Positions 29,531-38,923 of a stretch of DNA of 64,000 bases are shown in pieces. Under the pieces are notes generated by a model. That model was not told the origin of the DNA. It ran no database searches and worked only from the letters and a program-made list of their open reading frames with translations. The position numbers and the translations under genes were made by a program. This DNA comes from Candidatus Hermodarchaeota archaeon (GTDB taxonomy: Archaea > Asgardarchaeota > Lokiarchaeia > Sigyniarchaeales > SOKP01): positions 2,565 to 66,564 of the forward strand of contig JBHLLI010000003.1 of NCBI GenBank assembly GCA_048885765.1. Direction: 5' to 3'. The stretch's first letter is position 1. The number at the start of each line of letters is the position of its first letter.

Positions 29531-30571
29531 TTATTTAGATCTAAGTAAGGTTTTAGTTAATTTAAAGAATATTTCTTCCACATTTTTTCCAGTTAAAGCA
29601 GACGTCTCTACATATTCAAGATTAAGTTTTTGTGCCATTAAAGATGATTCATCAAAATTAATTGTTCTTTGATCGCTCAAGTCTTCTTTATTACCTAAAA
29701 TAAAACCTATTATCTCGTCTTCAATATGAATTATGTTTCTTTCAACATCTTTGTACCAGTTTGGAATACTTTCAAAAGATTTTCGATTTGTGAGGTCAAA
29801 AATAAAGATTACAGCTTCTGCTCCTTTATAAAAATGTCTACGCATAGCTTCAAATTTAATTTGCCCTGCTATATCCCATAAGATAAGTTTTACTTTAATT
29901 TTGTTAATTTCTACATTTTTCTCAGATATATTGACCCCTAAAGTAGGAATATAGGTTCTCGCGAAAGCATCATCAGTAAATCTTAAGATAGTTGAAGTTT
30001 TTCCCACACTAGGATCTCCACAAACCACAATTTTAAAATTATATACAACTGCTGATTCTTCCTCCAAGTCTTCTTCAGGAAATGCTTCTGATTCTGAAGT
30101 TGGTTTCTCTTTTTTTTGTAAGTCATTTAAAATCTCTGATATTCTGAGATTGAGGTTATTTATCTCATAGAAAATATCATTAGTTGTAGCTCCATTCGAC
30201 TTAAGATCTATAATTCTTTCTGAAAAATTATTGAAAGCTGACTCAAGATAATCTATATATTTGTAAAAAATGACGTCATCTGCCTCATCAAATAGCAGAG
30301 TTATTGTTGATAATGCTGTACCTCCTTTAAAGCTATCTGTTTCCCTTTCTATATATTTTACAATACCTTTTAAATTGAATGAGGGAAAAGGCATTATGAC
30401 AGCAGACCTGGGTACAACCCCTTGATCGGTTGTTAGCATTGTAATAGATTTAATTGCAACCGACATACGAAGCTTTTCAGATAAATCAAGAGGATTCCAA
30501 AGTACCGGGCTAGGACCTGAGCCTTCATTGAGTTCCGTGTAAACAATAGCTTTAATTATATCTGAGAGCAT
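29531..30571 (-). CDS. u-DENN/longin-like domain fused to Rab-like small GTPase
   Basis: N-terminal GPSP...P longin-like start; G1 GDPSVGKTS, G2 PTLG, G3 WDIAGQ, G4 NKED, G5 ETSAL; no C-terminal Cys motif. Confidence 0.88.
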   Translation of the reverse strand: MLSDIIKAIVYTELNEGSGPSPVLWNPLDLSEKLRMSVAIKSITMLTTDQGVVPRSAVIMPFPSFNLKGIVKYIERETDSFKGGTALSTITLLFDEADDVIFYKYIDYLESAFNNFSERIIDLKSNGATTNDIFYEINNLNLRISEILNDLQKKEKPTSESEAFPEEDLEEESAVVYNFKIVVCGDPSVGKTSTILRFTDDAFARTYIPTLGVNISEKNVEINKIKVKLILWDIAGQIKFEAMRRHFYKGAEAVIFIFDLTNRKSFESIPNWYKDVERNIIHIEDEIIGFILGNKEDLSDQRTINFDESSLMAQKLNLEYVETSALTGKNVEEIFFKLTKTLLRSK

Positions 30572-30683
30572 TATTGGGAAAGAAATGGGAATGTATGAGA
30601 ATAAATCTGTTTAATAAATAAAAAAACTTCAAGCTATTAAAAATTTGTAAATCGTAAGTTCTTTTGTTCTTATAATTAGAAGA

Positions 30684-30705
30684 TCGTGAAAGCGAACTTT
30701 CACGA
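30684..30705 (-). terminator. Perfect 9-bp hairpin with UUCG loop; possible terminator or 3'-end element of 30723..30950
   Basis: TCGTGAAAG-CGAA-CTTTCACGA on + strand, about 17 nt past the stop of the minus-strand gene. Function inferred. Confidence 0.4.
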
Positions 30706-30722
30706 AGAAAAATATTGTTTTT

Positions 30723-30950
30723 TTATATAGATGAAATCAGTTTATTTGCTCTTTCACTTTGATTTGGGAACAGATCCAAAGGCACATTGTCTTTCCCCAA
30801 TGTTGAAGCCACAACAAATCTTGCACATATATTATAATCCCCTTTACAATAAGTTTGTTTAAACATTTCGGTCGTTACTGGCATGTTGACCATCTTATCG
30901 TTAAAAAATATACAACCTAATAAATTTTTACAATCCACCATTTTTGTCAT
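30723..30950 (-). CDS. Small four-cysteine protein
   Basis: CKNLLGCIFF...YCKGDYNICAR...VPLDLFPN. Confidence 0.75.
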   Translation of the reverse strand: MTKMVDCKNLLGCIFFNDKMVNMPVTTEMFKQTYCKGDYNICARFVVASTLGKDNVPLDLFPNQSERANKLISSI

Positions 30951-31061
30951 CTTAAGAAAAATGAAGTAAGATAATAGAATAAAACTGCATATAAATAATA
31001 TAGAGAAATATTACTTATTTTGTGAGATTGAAACGGTCTAAGAAGTAAGATATGAAGGAAA

Positions 31062-32105
31062 TCATAGACGTGATTTATATAACAAATTAGCAATTGTAGA
31101 AAATGCTTCATGTACATTTTCACCATTTAGTGCGGAGGTTTCAAAAAAACCTAATTCTAATTCGCTGGCTAAATTTTCGATGCTTTCAAGAGTTATTTTT
31201 CTCTCTTCTACTAAATCCTTCTTATTTGCTATAATATAACCTATTAATTCTTCTCCACGATCTTTTAGCTGTTCGACGACATCTGAAAACCATTTAGGTA
31301 AACTATTAAATGTTTCATCTCTTGTCAAATCAAAAACGAGAAATACAGCGTCAGAACCACGATAGAACTGTTGCCTCATTGTTTGAAACTTTTGTTGACC
31401 TCCAATATCCCATAATGTTAATTGGATAACAACATCATCTATTTTAAAGATTTTGTCTGATACCATAACTCCTAAAGTAGGTACATAATTTCTCCTAAAA
31501 GCATTATCGGTATATCGTAAAATTAATGAAGTTTTACCGACGTTGGGATCTCCACAAATTATGATTTTAAATTGATAGTCTATTAGACTTCGATCCACGA
31601 TTTTTAGAGTTGGAAATGCCTCACTCTCTTGTTGAGTAGTTTCTTGTAATTTTAATTCCTCTAGAAGGGTTGAAATATTAAATTCAAGATGTTCGAGAAC
31701 ATCAATGTATTCTTTTCTTGTGGACCTTGCTTTTTCTAGCTTTATTATTGAGGGAGTGAGATTATTAAAAGGAATTGAGAGTTCATTAATATATTTGTAA
31801 AAAATTACATCGTGTTGTTCTTGAAAAAGCAAAACTAAAGCAGATTGACCTATTCCCCCACGCCTAGATTCATCATCCCATTTAATGTATTTAATTAATC
31901 CTTTTAAATTCATTGAAGTAAAGGGAAGGATTACTAATGATTCTGGAATAAGCCCTTGTTCTCCAGTTAAAACAGTTAAGGCTTTTATGCTAATATGCAT
32001 TAGTTCCATTTGAGTAAATTTAGCAGGAACCCAGGCAAATGGATTAGGTCCAACCTCATCATCCATCTGAACGTAAGCAATACCCTTTATAATTTGATGT
32101 GACAT
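31062..32105 (-). CDS. u-DENN/longin-like domain fused to Rab-like small GTPase
   Basis: DDEVGPNPFAWVP, DDESRRGG loop; G1 GDPNVGKTS, G2 PTLG, G3 WDIGGQ, G4 NKKD, G5 ETSAL. Confidence 0.88.
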   Translation of the reverse strand: MSHQIIKGIAYVQMDDEVGPNPFAWVPAKFTQMELMHISIKALTVLTGEQGLIPESLVILPFTSMNLKGLIKYIKWDDESRRGGIGQSALVLLFQEQHDVIFYKYINELSIPFNNLTPSIIKLEKARSTRKEYIDVLEHLEFNISTLLEELKLQETTQQESEAFPTLKIVDRSLIDYQFKIIICGDPNVGKTSLILRYTDNAFRRNYVPTLGVMVSDKIFKIDDVVIQLTLWDIGGQQKFQTMRQQFYRGSDAVFLVFDLTRDETFNSLPKWFSDVVEQLKDRGEELIGYIIANKKDLVEERKITLESIENLASELELGFFETSALNGENVHEAFSTIANLLYKSRL

Positions 32106-32230
32106 AATTACATGAAATTTTTCTTGAAGAACTGGTATTATTATGTTGATAATCTGTAAATTTTTTGCTTTTAACTAATAATATAATTTTTTTATATAAA
32201 TAATAATTGCTGAAAAAAAAATTTTATAGA

Positions 32231-32941
32231 TTATGTTTTTAATCCTATATACATAAACCAAAAGCTACTTAGATATCCAATTCTCACTACAATCACCAAA
32301 AATCCCGGAGCGGTTAATCCCTCTAACAATCCAAAAATACAAAAGCATAATGATCCCGCTGAAAGATATAGAAAATTCTTTCGAATAACTCCTGAAGATT
32401 GAATACCTTTATATAAAAACCCGATTCCTAAGAAAATTATTACAGCTATTAATAACCCCCCCATTAAATACCCTCCAAGACTATTTAAATTTACGTTGTA
32501 ATCAATTAAATTACTTGGCGGAGGGGTGGGGGGTGTAGGAACAAAATTAAAAGAACCTAAGGGATTAGAAAGCACAACAATTTCAAAGATTATTGAAATA
32601 ATTAAAATAATTAGAACAATATAAATTTTCATTTTTGGGATTAATAATTCTGCTCCGATATACATTGCTGTAATTATTGCTGGTGCAAACCAAATATAAG
32701 ATAAAATAGCGACGATCCCATTATTAGGCAAGTTCTGTTGAATAAAAAGAACTAATAGAAAATCTAAAAAGACCCCTAAGAACATAAGCCCTGCGAACAT
32801 GTTGGCTAAACCTAAATATAAAAGAAGTTTAGCTTTTGTTTTTCTGGATCTATAAATAAAGAATAAACCAAATAATACACCCAAGATCACCACTCCGGAA
32901 GCAGTGATACCATCAATCCAACCATTAATGTCTGTTATCAA
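32231..32941 (-). CDS. Seven-TM membrane protein, hypothetical
   Basis: Seven hydrophobic segments by eye; Pro-rich loop PTPPTPPP between TM4 and TM5. Confidence 0.75.
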   Translation of the reverse strand: MITDINGWIDGITASGVVILGVLFGLFFIYRSRKTKAKLLLYLGLANMFAGLMFLGVFLDFLLVLFIQQNLPNNGIVAILSYIWFAPAIITAMYIGAELLIPKMKIYIVLIILIISIIFEIVVLSNPLGSFNFVPTPPTPPPSNLIDYNVNLNSLGGYLMGGLLIAVIIFLGIGFLYKGIQSSGVIRKNFLYLSAGSLCFCIFGLLEGLTAPGFLVIVVRIGYLSSFWFMYIGLKT

Positions 32942-33209
32942 ATTTAAATTTCACCACTTTAAAGTGTTATTTTATGCTAATAATATCATTTGTAATTGTT
33001 AATTATATAGGTGTCTCTACTAATAAATCATATGGAAAAACGAGAGAATATTAACTTGGGTCAGTTTCGAACTTAAAGCGAATTAAAAATTAATTAATCT
33101 TTAACTTTCTCTAAAATTGAATTAATTCGATAAATTATTATCTCCATTATTAAATAATCCCGAGAATCTAATTTCATTCTTGGATTATTAATACATTTCA
33201 GCTTATGAG

Positions 33210-34040
33210 TTATAATTTTCGAATTTCTTTTATTAACTTTCTAGCTTCATTTAATTTCTCTTTATGAAGCTTTTTTAAGTTTTGAAGTTTTTTATCATCA
33301 AGTTCGTTGTTATCCATTATATCTGTTATAGAATATAATGCTTGCATGATATTCCCTAGACTATGAGAATACTCATCCTTCAGTACAAATTTTTCCCTTG
33401 TGGAAATGACGTTCTCGACGTTCATGATCATTATTAATATTAAAAATGTAGTTAGATATGCTATTGAATAGTTTATAATAATGTCAATTATATTATTTGA
33501 ATCATATAATCCAAAGCTATAGCCCTTAGATGCAAAATATAAAGAAAATGGTATAAATAATACACCTATTATTATAAGTGAATAATACCATCTAGTAGCT
33601 TTACCCAAAACTTCTTTAAACCTTTTTCTATTAATAAGCGGAATCAAATAAGCACCAAATATAGCAATGTAATTTATTAAATTTGAAAAACTGAGTGATA
33701 AAAGTAGCCCAAAAAAAAGATATAAAACAATTGAAACAAAAACTTCAATAAAAATGAGGAGAAAGACAATTTTTAAAGGAAATTCAAGAAAATAAAAAAC
33801 CAATCCAAGCATCATTAAAATTGAACTTAAAGAAGCAAATACTACATTAAGAAAAAGTATTATTTCGGAAAGATCAGAAAATATAGCAAATATCACCGCA
33901 AATATCCATAATAACCATGCTATGGACATGATTAAGAAAATTTTCTTTTTTGTATTAAAATAATATTCTGCACAAACGATTAATCCAATAAACCTTAAAA
34001 GCATAAGGATTATTAATAGAGAATAAATTACCTCGTTCAT
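33210..34040 (-). CDS. Seven-TM protein with C-terminal HisKA/DHp-like hairpin, no ATPase domain
   Basis: Seven hydrophobic segments, then DEYSHSLGNIMQAL H-box-like helix and a second helix, then stop. Confidence 0.65.
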   Translation of the reverse strand: MNEVIYSLLIILMLLRFIGLIVCAEYYFNTKKKIFLIMSIAWLLWIFAVIFAIFSDLSEIILFLNVVFASLSSILMMLGLVFYFLEFPLKIVFLLIFIEVFVSIVLYLFFGLLLSLSFSNLINYIAIFGAYLIPLINRKRFKEVLGKATRWYYSLIIIGVLFIPFSLYFASKGYSFGLYDSNNIIDIIINYSIAYLTTFLILIMIMNVENVISTREKFVLKDEYSHSLGNIMQALYSITDIMDNNELDDKKLQNLKKLHKEKLNEARKLIKEIRKL

Positions 34041-34153
34041 TACAAAAACTAAAATTATTTGATATTCAATCTTTACTATTAAATATAAAATTAAATTTGG
34101 GTTATTTATATCTTAAGATTAAATTTTACAATTTTTACTTGATTGTACAAAAA

Positions 34154-34429
34154 CTAATCTTTAACTTTCTCTAAGATTGAAATGATTCGGTAAATGGTTG
34201 TACGCGCATGGAATGGAATATTCGGGTCCTGCGATAAATCATCCACCATATACATTACATTGCTAGCAAGAACGCCAGGAGTTTCATCTTCCCTATGTAG
34301 TTCATTAATACCTCTTTGTGCAATTCTTTTAATATTGCGAGGAACACTACGATCATTTATCATACCGTTTAGAAGGTATTCAACATTTTCAAAAGCTTGT
34401 TTTTCCTCATCTGTAAGTGCCCGTGGCAT
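34154..34429 (-). CDS. UPF0147 family protein
   Basis: INDRSVPRNIKR, DPNIPFHARTTIY. Confidence 0.9.
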   Translation of the reverse strand: MPRALTDEEKQAFENVEYLLNGMINDRSVPRNIKRIAQRGINELHREDETPGVLASNVMYMVDDLSQDPNIPFHARTTIYRIISILEKVKD

Positions 34430-34523
34430 AAAAAATTCACCAAAAAAGCGTATTTAATAAGTAGGAAATTTAACTTGTAAAATTTTTTGTTTAATTTTAA
34501 TTTTTTGGATTTTAAATTGCTAT

Positions 34524-37436
34524 TTAGTAGATTCCAAATTCACGAATTTGTCGTTTTAAATTAGGGATTTCTTCATCAAATTTCTTAATTTGACTTTGAT
34601 ATTCCTGGAAAAAATTATCAAAATCTTGGATCTTGCCTTGATCAATTTCATTAACAAAGTCATATGAGATTTTTTGAATAATGTTGAATATTTTATCAAA
34701 TTGCTCTGTTGAATCGAGAAGGTTTTGATCTACATTTTTACCTTGTTTTCTCACCATATTACGGAGTTTACCTCGAGGAATTCGAATTATCTCGATCAAA
34801 TTATCACATTTATTAAGGAATTCATAAGATTGAGCTTTATTGACTTCGTTGAGTTTAGCCTCAATAATTTCTGTTCTCCATGTATTCATTCTTCCACTGG
34901 CAAAAGTATCAAAATTCAATGATATTGAATCAATACCTTCTCTCACAAGAAATCGAAGGAAATCAGGATCATCACTAGGAGCTTGACCACATATTCCAAC
35001 CTTTTTTCCATTTTGATGAGCAGTTTTTATCAAATGACTAACAGATCTTCGTATAGCTTCGCTATTAGTTGTATATTTATAATCTTTTGCTATGGGAATT
35101 AGTTTAGACCCATCCCTATCCACACCATAAGTCAGCTGGGTAAGATCATTGCTTCCTATGGAAAATCCATCGAAATATTGGCAGAATAAATCAGCACAGA
35201 TAATATTTGAGGGGATTTCTGCCATTACATAGACTTTTAGATCATCTTCTCCACGAATTAAACCTTCGGTTTCCATTATCTGGGTTATTGCTTTACCTTC
35301 TTCAGCAGAACGACAAAAAGGTACCATAGGAATCACATTTTTTAAACCCCAGTCTCGAGCTTTTTTAATTGCTCTTAATTCTAAAATAAAAGCTTGCTGA
35401 AATTCATTAGAAACATACCGAGAAGCACCTCTAAAGCCCATCATTGGATTATTTTCATCACCTTCATAAATCCAACCCCCAATTAGATTCGCATATTCAT
35501 TAGTTTTAAAATCTGATAATCTTACTACACATTCAGCAAGAGTTCCATCTGGTAATGTTTTCCATACTCCTGCTGCGATAGTAGCAATTCCTTCAGCTAA
35601 TTTATCAATATAAAACTCTTCTTTATCATCATAACCAACCGTAAGAGATCTAATTTTATCTAATGTTTGTTTCAGTTTGAAAATTTCTCGATTGAATGGA
35701 TCTTTATGATATAAATCACTTTTTTTAATATTTTCAATTTTTTTTCTTTGATCTAACAAGATATCATATCTCATCACTAAAGCTTCGAAATCTATTAGAG
35801 CATTTGGATGAATTTGGGCTTCATCATTAATTATGAATTCTAATCTTGCTAAGCCTGTTCCATCAGGATATTTCCCAGAAGATAATGCGCCCTTTGGTAT
35901 CCCCAAATTCACTAATACCTTAGTTTTTGTTTGAGGGAGTTTCGCAAATTCAATTGTATCATAATCATATTCAACATCTTTTAACCAAATCCTTGATTCA
36001 CCCTCGCTACAATCAATTGTTATAAAATCTATATCGTCTCTTTCTTTTTCCTTCATAATCTGGACAATATTATCTGCTCCTACAATTGATGCAATATTTA
36101 ATTCCCTTGAAACTATAGCAGCGTGACATGTAGGGCCACCTCGTTCAGTAATTACACCCCCTAGATTCTGCATATATGAAGTCCAGTCAGGATTAGTTTC
36201 TTCAGTTATTAAAATATCACCTTCTCGTAAAAGATGCGCATCGTTTATGGTCTCAATTATTTTAATTTTTCCATATCCAATTCTTCTCCCAATAGCAATA
36301 CCAGTGTTTTCAACAAATAACCCTTCTTCTTTCAATTTGCTTGGGTCTTCTAAAAGATAAAAGATTTCCTCTACGTCACCTTTAATGCTATGAACTGTTT
36401 CTGGACGAGCTTGGACAATGTAAATTTTCCCATTATTTCCAACCGCCCATTCAATATCCATCCTCCTTTCATAATGATCTCTAATTTTTTGAGCATACTC
36501 CGCTAAAGTTAAAACTTCATCTTCAGTCAAACAGAATTTCAATTGGTTTTCTTGAGGGACGCTGACTACTTCAGTTCCGATTTTTTCAATTCCTTTTGAA
36601 AAGATCATCATTTTTTCTTTTTTTACAAGTTCATGACGTATTATTCTAAGTTGTTTAGGATCATGTTTGAAGACAATGAACTCATCCCCTTTTTCTACAC
36701 CCTGTACAATTAATTCTCCCAAACCCCATGTACCTCTAATAACAACCACATTTGGATTGCCCGAATCGGGATCTTCAGTAAACATCACTCCTGAAGCTTT
36801 TACACCGCCTCGACCACCTGCCATTTCTTGGACTCCTACCGAGAGTTTTACCCCAAAATGATCAAAACCTGCTCGTTCTCGATACATTGTAGCTCTTGTA
36901 GTAAAGACTGAGGCCATATCCTTCAATATATATTCTAAAATTTCTTTTTCTCCTGAAATATTTAAATGTGTGTCTTGTTGTCCCGCAAATGAAGCATCAG
37001 GTAGATCCTCTGCTGTAGCAGAGCTTCTTACTGCAAATGTAGATTCTTCTCCAATTTTTTCAATTAATTTGTTGTAAGCCTCTAAAATCTCATCTGCTAA
37101 GGAGTCCGGAATTTTTGACTGTTCAATTACGTATCTAATGTTTGCACAGATTTTATCAACTTTTTCAACTGCTTTAATATCTTCTGACTTCAATTCATCC
37201 GATATTTTGTTAATATCTCTCGCAATTAACTCTCGAAGTGAAACTTCTTTTTCTTTAATGGTATAGAAGTTAGTATTCAGCACATAATCAAATGCTTCCG
37301 ATGTTATTGCAAAGCCAAGAGGAACCGAGATTCCAAAACTTAATAATTCTCCTAAAGATGCATTTTTCCCTCCTACAAGAGGTACATCCCCAACTCTAAC
37401 ATCCTCAAAGAACTTAATATATCTAAAATCATTCAT
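34524..37436 (-). CDS. ppsA: Phosphoenolpyruvate synthase (pyruvate, water dikinase) with C-terminal extension
   Basis: VGGKNASLGE, AVRSSATAEDLPDASFAGQQDT, DIEWA, QARPET, GGPTCHAAIVSRE, NPMMGFRGASRY, SIGSNDLTQ, ICGQAPS. Confidence 0.95.
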   Translation of the reverse strand: MNDFRYIKFFEDVRVGDVPLVGGKNASLGELLSFGISVPLGFAITSEAFDYVLNTNFYTIKEKEVSLRELIARDINKISDELKSEDIKAVEKVDKICANIRYVIEQSKIPDSLADEILEAYNKLIEKIGEESTFAVRSSATAEDLPDASFAGQQDTHLNISGEKEILEYILKDMASVFTTRATMYRERAGFDHFGVKLSVGVQEMAGGRGGVKASGVMFTEDPDSGNPNVVVIRGTWGLGELIVQGVEKGDEFIVFKHDPKQLRIIRHELVKKEKMMIFSKGIEKIGTEVVSVPQENQLKFCLTEDEVLTLAEYAQKIRDHYERRMDIEWAVGNNGKIYIVQARPETVHSIKGDVEEIFYLLEDPSKLKEEGLFVENTGIAIGRRIGYGKIKIIETINDAHLLREGDILITEETNPDWTSYMQNLGGVITERGGPTCHAAIVSRELNIASIVGADNIVQIMKEKERDDIDFITIDCSEGESRIWLKDVEYDYDTIEFAKLPQTKTKVLVNLGIPKGALSSGKYPDGTGLARLEFIINDEAQIHPNALIDFEALVMRYDILLDQRKKIENIKKSDLYHKDPFNREIFKLKQTLDKIRSLTVGYDDKEEFYIDKLAEGIATIAAGVWKTLPDGTLAECVVRLSDFKTNEYANLIGGWIYEGDENNPMMGFRGASRYVSNEFQQAFILELRAIKKARDWGLKNVIPMVPFCRSAEEGKAITQIMETEGLIRGEDDLKVYVMAEIPSNIICADLFCQYFDGFSIGSNDLTQLTYGVDRDGSKLIPIAKDYKYTTNSEAIRRSVSHLIKTAHQNGKKVGICGQAPSDDPDFLRFLVREGIDSISLNFDTFASGRMNTWRTEIIEAKLNEVNKAQSYEFLNKCDNLIEIIRIPRGKLRNMVRKQGKNVDQNLLDSTEQFDKIFNIIQKISYDFVNEIDQGKIQDFDNFFQEYQSQIKKFDEEIPNLKRQIREFGIY

Positions 37437-37547
37437 AGTAATGAGAAACTCCTAAGAATTGGAATTATACGAATTTCTCTAAATAATAGTAATTATTCTT
37501 CTGATTATAAATTAAACCTTAATAAAAAAAGTAACGTCTAAACTTGA

Positions 37548-38066
37548 TTAATTTAACTCCCTTTCAAAGACTTCAAAATCAGAAACAGTAAATAGACAAA
37601 AGATCACTTCTTCAATTTGAGTTTCCCTTTGTAAATACTCTTTTGTTGTTGTAATCATAATTTTGGCACATCTATCAATAGGATATCCAAAAATGCCTGT
37701 TGAAATGGCGGGAAATGCTATTGTTTTAAGCTTATTTTCATCCATTAATTTTAAACAATTAATAGTGGCGTTTTTTAATTTATCATCTTCATTTCCCTCC
37801 CCCATTCTTGGTCCTACAGCATGAATAACATATTTAGATTTTAAATTTCCCCCAGTTGTTATAACAGCCCCCCCTACAAAGGTACCACCAATTTTATCGC
37901 ATTCTTCTTGAATGCTTGGACCTCCTTTCCTCCTAATGGCTCCAGCTACACCTCCCCCTAATATAAGTTGAGCATTAGCAGCATTTACGATTGCGTCAGT
38001 ATCTAATTCTGTGATATCTCCTTGAACTAAGCTAATAATTGATTTTCCTACCTTTAGTTCTTTCAT
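37548..38066 (-). CDS. Macro domain protein (ADP-ribose hydrolase / O-acetyl-ADP-ribose deacetylase)
   Basis: GDIT, IVNAAN, GGGVAGAI, IHAVGP, FPAISTGIFGYP. Confidence 0.94.
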   Translation of the reverse strand: MKELKVGKSIISLVQGDITELDTDAIVNAANAQLILGGGVAGAIRRKGGPSIQEECDKIGGTFVGGAVITTGGNLKSKYVIHAVGPRMGEGNEDDKLKNATINCLKLMDENKLKTIAFPAISTGIFGYPIDRCAKIMITTTKEYLQRETQIEEVIFCLFTVSDFEVFERELN

Positions 38067-38108
38067 GATTAATACTTAAAATAGAATAAATTAAAATAAA
38101 AATTGATT

Positions 38109-38831
38109 TTATTGTTCTTCTCTGCTTTTTTTAAATATTTCATCTAAAGCCTTTTTGTCTTCATCAGACATTTTACTCATAGCTTCTATGTTTTGTCGCA
38201 TTAAATCCATCATTATCTTTTGAGAGAGCATCTGATTTAGTACTGGTAATGCAATTCTCATTCGAGTTAACTCATAATGCATTGTCTTTGCTGTTTCTCG
38301 CATCTCCTTTAATTCTTCGGGAGTCATTCCTTCTTCGCCAATTCCAGGACAATCAGCATCAACGACAATAAAATTTTTCCCATCAAACTCAAGTGGATAT
38401 GTTCGGCAACTTAATGGACGATTATCATAAACCAAACATTTTTTGTCATCTTTATTATACAAAGGACATTTTACAGTAAGTAGCTCTTCAATAGGAACTG
38501 CACCAAATGGATCTGTTGGCTCCTTCTTTTCTTCACCTTCTTCTGGAGGTGGGGGCAGTGGTTTTAGAATCAAATCAATTCCTCCATCAGGTTTGTTGTA
38601 AATATCTAAATATGGCATAAAATTAGCAACGACTCCATTTCGTGCCCAAAGCTCTAAATCCCAAAAGGTTATAGGGATTGGGCCTCTCGCAACACAACAG
38701 TCATCGCATCGTGTGCATTTAAACGTAAATTTCGCTTTCGATTTCTCTTTTTCAGTATCCTCTCCTTCTTTAACTTCGCTTTCTTCCGGAGTTTGAACAT
38801 TTCCTTCTTCATCAACCATTTGAATACTCAC
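38109..38831 (-). CDS. YkgJ/FliB-family cysteine-cluster protein
   Basis: CTRCDDCC, CPLY...CLVYDNRPLSCRTYP, CPGIG. Confidence 0.88.
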   Translation of the reverse strand: MSIQMVDEEGNVQTPEESEVKEGEDTEKEKSKAKFTFKCTRCDDCCVARGPIPITFWDLELWARNGVVANFMPYLDIYNKPDGGIDLILKPLPPPPEEGEEKKEPTDPFGAVPIEELLTVKCPLYNKDDKKCLVYDNRPLSCRTYPLEFDGKNFIVVDADCPGIGEEGMTPEELKEMRETAKTMHYELTRMRIALPVLNQMLSQKIMMDLMRQNIEAMSKMSDEDKKALDEIFKKSREEQ

Positions 38832-38923
38832 TTAATATATAATTCTGAATATTGGTTTGAGAAAAAAGAATTCAATCTAGAAAAAAAATCTTATTTAATT
38901 CTTATAAAAATAACATCACCACT

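Noticed and set aside
32515-32545. G-rich run GGCGGAGGGGTGGGGGGTGTAGG as a G-quadruplex or repeat
   Set aside because: Fully explained by the PTPPTPPP codons of the minus-strand membrane protein.
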